A DNA stretch of 62,783 nucleotides, filler included. It is 7 parts of 7 records of this genome, joined end to end, with 100 filler letters (N's around TTAATTAATTAA, not from the genome) between each part and the next. Parts side by side here need not be neighbours in the genome. Positions count along the whole stretch, not along the records: positions 50,568 to 57,628 come from SRR31147125_27816; positions 57,729 to 62,783 come from SRR31147125_27832; 5 more parts are not named here. One strand, written 5' to 3'. Positions 56,608 through 62,783 of the stretch are shown here, piece after piece (within the stretch, counting starts at the first letter, position 1; each line of letters begins with the position of its first letter). The notes below the pieces were generated by a model that ran no database searches, had not been told where the DNA came from, and saw nothing but the letters and a program-made list of their open reading frames with translations. A program made the position numbers and the translations under genes.

Positions 56608-56951
56608 TGGGAAATCCTGAATTCAAAGAAGGATGAAAAACCGAGGAGATCCATTACATCCTTGATCTGTGGCGGAATATCCAGAATTGTGAGTTTGACG
56701 TTGTTTTTCTTACACTGGATCAGAGCGGTTGCAAAACTGCCGATCCCCGTTGAAGACGCATAGAGGAGTTTATTCATATTCAAAACCAGTGAACTGCCGG
56801 GGGTGAGTGTGGCTATTGTGTTCATTAGATATTTCAAGAAAGCCGGGGAATTGTCGGTCTCGAGCTTGCCATCCAGATGAAGGGTTACATCGGTCTCTGA
56901 AGTGGAGGTAATGCTGATGGATAGATTTTTTATCTCCATGGCTTTTTTCAT
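56604..56951 (-). CDS. STAS-domain anti-sigma-factor antagonist
   Basis: LHLDGKLET, LVLNMNKLLYASSTGIG, VMDLLGFSSFF; 4-nt overlaps with both neighbours. Confidence 0.88.
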   Translation of the reverse strand: MKKAMEIKNLSISITSTSETDVTLHLDGKLETDNSPAFLKYLMNTIATLTPGSSLVLNMNKLLYASSTGIGSFATALIQCKKNNVKLTILDIPPQIKDVMDLLGFSSFFEFRISQ

Positions 56952-57628
56952 TCCTTTAACCTTATGGATAACAGGGTGACATCATCGTGAAAAGATTTAT
57001 CATGGCTTAATTCCTGAAAGCGGGAAATAATAGCCGGAAGAGATTCTTTATCCCGGCAGCTGGATAGGAAGACCTCTTCAATCACTTCGTTCGGCAGGGT
57101 GCTCCGATCCTCTGAAATTTCAAGCAGGCCATCGGAGAGTAGAAATATATGGTCGCCGCCGTGGAGTTTTATGCGTGTGTTTGTGTAGGAGGCTTCTTCG
57201 GATATATTCAGACAAATTCCATCCCGATGAACCTGAAAGACCTTATCTCCTCTGATAATAAAAAAAGGAGATTGTCCTGCATTGGAATAGACGAGGTGCT
57301 GCTGGTTTAGATCAATGAGCAAGGCCGAAAAAGAGATCAGGATATCTGGAAACTGTTCCAGTTCCTGTCCGATCCGCAGATTAAGCCATTTGAGGAATTC
57401 CGCGGGACTGATATCTTTATCAAGTTTTGGACGCACGTAATCATTGAAAATTATCGACTTCAGTATGGTCGTGATAAAGGCCGCCTTCAGTCCATGACCG
57501 GCAACATCACCCAGGAGGATAAGAAATCGGTTTTCCTTGAGTGAAATGATATCATAATAGTCACCTCCGCAAAAAAGGGCCGGGAGGGGTTGGTATATGA
57601 CATCAAATTTTATCTGTTCCAGGTGGGG
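56948..57628 (-). CDS. SpoIIE/RsbU-type PP2C phosphatase, 5'-truncated
   Basis: Frame open to the contig end: GGDYYD, LGDVAGHG, YSNAGQ, LLSDGLLE, HDDVTLL. Confidence 0.9.
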   Translation of the reverse strand, partial: PHLEQIKFDVIYQPLPALFCGGDYYDIISLKENRFLILLGDVAGHGLKAAFITTILKSIIFNDYVRPKLDKDISPAEFLKWLNLRIGQELEQFPDILISFSALLIDLNQQHLVYSNAGQSPFFIIRGDKVFQVHRDGICLNISEEASYTNTRIKLHGGDHIFLLSDGLLEISEDRSTLPNEVIEEVFLSSCRDKESLPAIISRFQELSHDKSFHDDVTLLSIRLKE

Positions 57629-57728
57629 NNNNNNNNNNNNNNNNNNNNNNNNNNNNNNNNNNNNNNNNNNNNTTAATTAATTAANNNNNNNNNNNNNNNN
57701 NNNNNNNNNNNNNNNNNNNNNNNNNNNN
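57629..57728. other. Artificial contig spacer
   Basis: N44-TTAATTAATTAA-N44. Confidence 0.99.
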
Positions 57729-57841
57729 AGGATAATTATAAAGTTGGTCGGACTGTTACTTCCTTTTAAATTCTTCGCTTCCAGATTAGAACTCAAAAGG
57801 AATAGGGAGATTAGGAGAGAAGTGTAGGTTATTTTCAGCAT
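57729..57841 (-). CDS. N-terminal fragment of a probable further sulfatase
   Basis: MLKITYTSLLISLFLLSSNLEAKNLKGSNSPTNFIII: a signal peptide followed by a sulfatase-like first strand, cut by the contig end. Confidence 0.55.
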
Positions 57842-57977
57842 AATTACCGATTTATAATGTTGATTTTATTAGTATCATATCAATGGTAGTTTTTTATTCA
57901 TCCGATGACGATAAAATAAAAACCGATAGTCATCGCATGAATATTGCTACAGTTCACGCCTTACTTGACACTTGCAA

Positions 57978-59309
57978 TTACTCTTTTGGAAGCGAATCCT
58001 CCCACTCAGTAAACAATAGTTGAAGTTCCCTGGCTTTTTCAGGAAAAGTCTTGGACAAGTCGCGTCTTTCTCCTATGTCGTCAGATAAATTAAACAACAT
58101 TGCATCGTGCTTATCTTTCTGGTATTCAACCACCAATTTCCAGTCGCCTCTACGAATTGCCCAGTCGTTTCCGCGTTTCCAGAATAAATTTTCATGAGGC
58201 GCAGCATCCGGATTTTCTCCTTTCAGAAAGGGCAAAATATTAACCCCATCAAATTGATAATCATCGATATTTTTAAGATTTATAAACGATGCCAGAGTTG
58301 GAAGAATATCGAGGTTGATTACAGGCTTATCGTATTTTGTACCCGGCTGAATTTGTCCGGGCCATTTAATAATATATGGAATCCGAATTCCACCTTCCAA
58401 ACAATCGCCTTTCCATCCACGGAATGGTCCGGTTGACGACATATCGCCCAACTGACCTCGCGGCGAACCATTATCACTAATAAAAATTACTACAGTATTT
58501 TCCGACAGGCCTTCTGCCTCCAGTGTTTCAACAATTTTACCTACTCCGTCGTCCATACCCAAAGCCATGGCAGCCAACAGCCTGCGGTTTTGGCTTTTTA
58601 TAAAATCAACACGTTGAATGTATTTATCGGGCGCTTCCCACGGAAAATGAACAGCGTTGTAAGTAACGTACAAACAGAAAGGATTTCCGGTTTTTTCGGG
58701 ATGGTTTCGTTGAATAAAGTCTACAGCTTCATCGGTAAAAACATCGGTTGTGTATCCTTCGTAATCAATAATCTCGTTATTGCGGTACATCGGACGAAAA
58801 TCGAGGTTTTTTGTATATGTTTTTTTAGCATTAAAAAACGAATGCGAACCTCCCAGAAAACCATAAAACTCGTCCCAACCACGTTTGTTTGGTCGTAATG
58901 ATTCCTCTTCTCCCAAATGCCATTTTCCAATAATTCCTGAGTAATAACCGGCAGGTTTTAAAATCTCGGGCATTGTTTTTTGTTTTTTGAAAAGGTCGAG
59001 ATGCGGGTCGTTCTCACGATTGTTTTGCCCATTGGTAAAACGTTGCTGGTAAACACCTGTTAAAAGTCCGCAACGCGATGGCGAACAGATAGAAGATGAA
59101 ACATAAGCTTGTGTAAAATAAGCACCATTTTGTGCCAGTTTATCGATGTTTGGAGTTAAAATATCATCAAAGCCGTGGTAACCAACATCGCCCCAGCCCA
59201 TGTCGTCGGCATAAATAATTACAATATTTGGAAGTTGTTTATCGTTTTGTGCAAAGCTGCCAATTGAAAAGACAACAAAAAGAAATGCTATATAAATTTT
59301 CAGTTTCAT
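57978..59309 (-). CDS. Formylglycine-dependent (S1) sulfatase
   Basis: PNIVIIYADDMGWGD, CSPSRCGLLTG, GKWHLG, NAVHFP, FISDNG, EGGIRIP. ATG 59309 is preferred. Confidence 0.95.
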   Translation of the reverse strand: MKLKIYIAFLFVVFSIGSFAQNDKQLPNIVIIYADDMGWGDVGYHGFDDILTPNIDKLAQNGAYFTQAYVSSSICSPSRCGLLTGVYQQRFTNGQNNRENDPHLDLFKKQKTMPEILKPAGYYSGIIGKWHLGEEESLRPNKRGWDEFYGFLGGSHSFFNAKKTYTKNLDFRPMYRNNEIIDYEGYTTDVFTDEAVDFIQRNHPEKTGNPFCLYVTYNAVHFPWEAPDKYIQRVDFIKSQNRRLLAAMALGMDDGVGKIVETLEAEGLSENTVVIFISDNGSPRGQLGDMSSTGPFRGWKGDCLEGGIRIPYIIKWPGQIQPGTKYDKPVINLDILPTLASFINLKNIDDYQFDGVNILPFLKGENPDAAPHENLFWKRGNDWAIRRGDWKLVVEYQKDKHDAMLFNLSDDIGERRDLSKTFPEKARELQLLFTEWEDSLPKE

Positions 59310-59327
59310 GTTAATCTGCTTTTTCAA

Positions 59328-60683
59328 TTATTTTTCAACTTTATAACTTCCACAATAATCAGGTTGCCAGCCCCATTGTGGGTCAAGCATCATATCCGAC
59401 ATATCGGTATATATCTCCATTAGTTCCTTGAATTTTTTCGGATTATCCTTACTCAGGTCGTTTTGTTCACCGATGTCTTCTGCCAGATTATACAGTTCCC
59501 ATTTGTCATGGTCGCGGTGTTTTAGTATTTTCCAATCGCCTTTGCGCACTGCGTGGTGCCAAAGGAAACGCCAATACAGGAAGTTGTGTGGTTCACCCTG
59601 TTTCTCACCGGTTAAATAAGGCAAGAGGTTTTTTCCATCAAGTCGCCATTCTTTGTCAACCAAATTTCCGGTTGCAGCAATGGCTGTTGGCAAAATATCG
59701 AGCGATATTATCGGGAAATTAATTTCTTTATTTTCAGGTAAAACTCCTTTCCATTGCATACAAAACGGAACCCTGATTCCACCCTCGTAAATACTTCCCT
59801 TACATTCGCGCAATGGAGTATTATCTGCTCTTTCGCATTCTCCGCCATTGTCGCTGTAAAAAATTACAAGTGTATTTTCTTCTATTCCCTGCTCCTTAAC
59901 TGAAGACATTATCCTACCCACATTTTCGTCCATGCAATTTATCATTGCCAAAAAAGTACGGCGCTTTTCATCTTTTACATCTTTGAACTTCTCTTTGTAA
60001 ATTTCAGGAACCTGAAATGGTCCGTGTGGTGCATTAAATGGCACATACAATAAAAATGGATTTTCGCGGTCGGCATTCCGTTCGATAAACAAAGTAGCTT
60101 CGCGCCCAAAAGCATCGGTCAGGTATTCCTTTTCTTCCGGAACTGGTTTTTCTCCACGAAGTAGGTTCCCTTTTTCGTTATCGCCAACATAATATCCCGT
60201 CGCACCATTTATAAATCCGAAGAATTTATCGAATCCACGGTTTGAGGGATTTCGAAGCGGCACATTTTCTTCATGCCACTTTCCGATTAATGCGGTATTG
60301 TAACCCAACTCTTTAAAATACTCACCCATAGTTTTCTCGCGAAGCGGAATACCGGGAACAGTTTCTTTGGTACGACGGTAAGGGCCGGGATTATCTTCAA
60401 AACCAAAACGGTTTTGGTAGCGTCCGGTCATTAATCCGGCACGACTTGGTGCGCAGACCGGACAAGTTGTATAGCCATCGGTAAACCAAACTCCATTTTC
60501 AGCAATCGCATCAATGTTGGGAGTGGGCAGCTCTTCGCAACCCATGTAACCGGCGTCTTTGTAACCCATATCATCGGCAAGGATGATAATAATGTTGGGT
60601 TGTTTAATTTTTTCTGTTGCACTTACAGAGACAGAATGGAAAGCAAGAATAATTATTATAGCAAAAACAGCACGTTTCATCAT
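59328..60683 (-). CDS. Formylglycine-dependent (S1) sulfatase
   Basis: PNIIIILADDMG, CAPSRAGLMTGRY, GKWH, NAPHGP, FYSDNG, EGGIRVP. Confidence 0.95.
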   Translation of the reverse strand: MMKRAVFAIIIILAFHSVSVSATEKIKQPNIIIILADDMGYKDAGYMGCEELPTPNIDAIAENGVWFTDGYTTCPVCAPSRAGLMTGRYQNRFGFEDNPGPYRRTKETVPGIPLREKTMGEYFKELGYNTALIGKWHEENVPLRNPSNRGFDKFFGFINGATGYYVGDNEKGNLLRGEKPVPEEKEYLTDAFGREATLFIERNADRENPFLLYVPFNAPHGPFQVPEIYKEKFKDVKDEKRRTFLAMINCMDENVGRIMSSVKEQGIEENTLVIFYSDNGGECERADNTPLRECKGSIYEGGIRVPFCMQWKGVLPENKEINFPIISLDILPTAIAATGNLVDKEWRLDGKNLLPYLTGEKQGEPHNFLYWRFLWHHAVRKGDWKILKHRDHDKWELYNLAEDIGEQNDLSKDNPKKFKELMEIYTDMSDMMLDPQWGWQPDYCGSYKVEK

Positions 60684-60692
60684 TTTTGAATT

Positions 60693-62033
60693 TTATTTTT
60701 CGATTATAAATCCAAGTCTTTTCAATCCTCTATTTACGTCTTCATTTTTCATGAACAGATTCCAGCATAGTCCAGTTCTGTAGTTTTCAATCATTACCGG
60801 AATTGGTCCCTGGTCGATGGCCAAATAACGTGGCAGATACCAGTTTTCTGTTTGGCTGTATGCATCGTATGGTCCGTATTCTCCAACCAACGAATCGGCT
60901 TCGTTGTACAGGTAATCTAAAAACTGCATCGATTCTTTTGGAGTATAAGGAAATGAAGAAAGTGCAGCCGTTGGGGAAATAACGCCTAAGTCTCGCCCTG
61001 GACGGTGACCGGCATAACCTCGCATTGAATAGCTGGATGTTAAGCCCCATTGTTTTTCGCCATATCCTTTAAAACCTTTGGGATTGTCGAGTGCATATTT
61101 GTAGTGTATTTTAGCGTGATTCGTATTTAATTCCCAGTAATCGGCGTATTTATCTTTTAATCCTTTAGGATTTAAACCCAGGTAGGAATAATGAGCCCAA
61201 AACAAGGGGCCGGTTGGAGAATCGTCGTGTTCGTAAAAATTAAGAACCGTTGGTAATCCGTAATACACGGTATCTTCGGCGATTTTACCATCGAGCGCCC
61301 AACCCTTGTGGTAGGCTTCCGGTTGAATTGGGTGAGTTGGCGATGATGCAGCCAAAACGTACATAATTAAACATTCGTTGTAACCACCAACTGCAAAGTT
61401 CATTTCCCAACCGTATTTTGGCGACCAGTGCCAATACAAAACATCCTGTCCGCCCTGCGTGTACCAGTCCCATTCTACTTCTTCCCAAAGTGTATTAATG
61501 TCTTTAACCAATTGTTGCTCTTCGGCATTTCCTCCTTTAAAATATTCGGCAACTGTTAATAGTCCATGAATCATAAAGGAAGTTTCCACCAAATCGCCAC
61601 CATCATCTTTTTTGCTGAAAGGGGCAACTTTTCCGGTTGGACCGTTCAGCCAGTGTGGCCATGCTCCATGAAAACGGTCGGCTTTTGCCAGGTAATCCAC
61701 AATTCTCTGATACCTTGTAAGCGCTTCTTCTCTGCTTATCCAACCTCTTTCAATTCCAACCAGAATTGCCATTACTCCAAAACCTGAACCACCAAGCGTT
61801 ATTACATTCTGGTCGTTTTTAGGATAAACGTTATCTAAATGAATTCTTTCGCGTGCCAAACCAGAAACAGGCTCAGCACCATCCCAGAAAAACTGGAAAG
61901 TTTGGTATTGAACAGTATCAAGAAGTTGCTCTTCGTTTAAAACTACATTTTTTTGTTTTTTATTGTCGGGTACTGAACAACTTGCTAGAATTGTAATTGT
62001 TAGTAAACATGCAAATATCTTCATTTTATTCAA
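60693..62033 (-). CDS. GH144-like (putative endo-beta-1,2-glucanase, 'glucoamylase family') lipoprotein
   Basis: Lipobox LASC; TFQFFWDGAEPVSGLARER, GGSGFG, DRFHGAWPHW, DDGGDLVET, GPLFWAHYS, YLAIDQGP..MIENYRTGL. Confidence 0.85.
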   Translation of the reverse strand: MNKMKIFACLLTITILASCSVPDNKKQKNVVLNEEQLLDTVQYQTFQFFWDGAEPVSGLARERIHLDNVYPKNDQNVITLGGSGFGVMAILVGIERGWISREEALTRYQRIVDYLAKADRFHGAWPHWLNGPTGKVAPFSKKDDGGDLVETSFMIHGLLTVAEYFKGGNAEEQQLVKDINTLWEEVEWDWYTQGGQDVLYWHWSPKYGWEMNFAVGGYNECLIMYVLAASSPTHPIQPEAYHKGWALDGKIAEDTVYYGLPTVLNFYEHDDSPTGPLFWAHYSYLGLNPKGLKDKYADYWELNTNHAKIHYKYALDNPKGFKGYGEKQWGLTSSYSMRGYAGHRPGRDLGVISPTAALSSFPYTPKESMQFLDYLYNEADSLVGEYGPYDAYSQTENWYLPRYLAIDQGPIPVMIENYRTGLCWNLFMKNEDVNRGLKRLGFIIEK

Positions 62034-62783
62034 GTTTTCTTCTGACTATTATGTGAATTCTTTAATCGTTCACACCAAAAATTGGTTTAGCTTATTTTTG
62101 GTTGGCAAGTTATAGCGAGAAAGATTATTTGAGAAAAAAGCGACCTCAACGTGTTTACTTCATGTTCTAAAACACAATATTTTAGATACAACATTACTTC
62201 ATCAACACCAACCCGTACATTTATACTCCCCTATAAGACTGTTACTTACACTGAACTATATTTTAGAATAAAAATATTTTCTGGTTCTGTGAAGGAATGT
62301 ACTTATGAAGAAGAAATATAACTGGGGCGAATATCTTGACATTAGAAAACAGGAATTAGAGTAAACAAGAACTAAAAACTGAGCCTTAAGAGAATTTAGT
62401 TGAGGTCTTGCTTGTGTTTCAAATTATATTCAGATTAAAGATTCCAAATTTTTTTAGTCCAACATATTATTCTCTTAGCTTTATAAGTTAGTTAAAAATT
62501 ATTGCTTCAGAGTTCTAATCTATTTTATGAAACGGCTTGAAATAAATTTCAAGTTTAAAAAAGGATTGGAATATGCTTCCATTTAAAGGTATAGTCTAAT
62601 TGGATAACGGTTTTACAGGCGTTGTGGCGTTACTATTTAATTACCCTAAAATAGTAACGCTTAATTAAAAACTTTGATTCAATTTTCCTTTATGCAAAAC
62701 AACCGTCCTCATCCCAAATTGGAAACACTCCAAAATCAATTTAATCCAAATTACAAAAGGAATCGGAATAAATGGAAATAGTG

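Noticed and set aside
1-62783. CRISPR array, transposase/integrase, rRNA, reverse transcriptase
   Set aside because: I saw no repeat-spacer periodicity or diagnostic motifs in any contig.

Overview
This window is not one locus. It is seven contigs joined by 100-nt spacers (N44-TTAATTAATTAA-N44), and gene content suggests several different organisms. (1) 1-18938, deltaproteobacterial-looking: a >4,000-aa LEPR-XLL/DUF4347/RTX giant secreted protein running off the left edge, a TolC-family porin, nadB bracketed by two parS sites, parA, parB, a tandem-SH3b protein and the 3' end of a tRNA-Ser. (2) 19039-24050: Bacteroidetes sufC-D-S-E-T. (3) 24151-33631, (5) 44157-50467 and (7) 57729-62783: Bacteroidetes polysaccharide-utilisation genes (SusC/SusD, sulfatases, beta-propeller hydrolases, GH109, GH2, GH144, and one large uncharacterised enzyme candidate). 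(4) 33732-44056: a defence island with a type-4-like BREX operon (brxC-like, pglZ, small Zn-binding protein, Lon-less brxL, cysteine desulfurase). It is followed by a more AT-rich trio: a 2TM + PLD-like (DUF5919-like) protein, a DEDDh exonuclease and a non-canonical class III nucleotidyl-cyclase-like protein. This trio is the best candidate for an undescribed nucleotide-signalling anti-phage system. (6) 50568-57628: DEAD-box helicase plus a PP2C-STAS-kinase-kinase signalling operon and a response regulator. At least nine genes or gene junctions are broken at homopolymer runs across unrelated contigs, which points to sequencing error. All family calls come from motif recognition by eye; no database searches were run.
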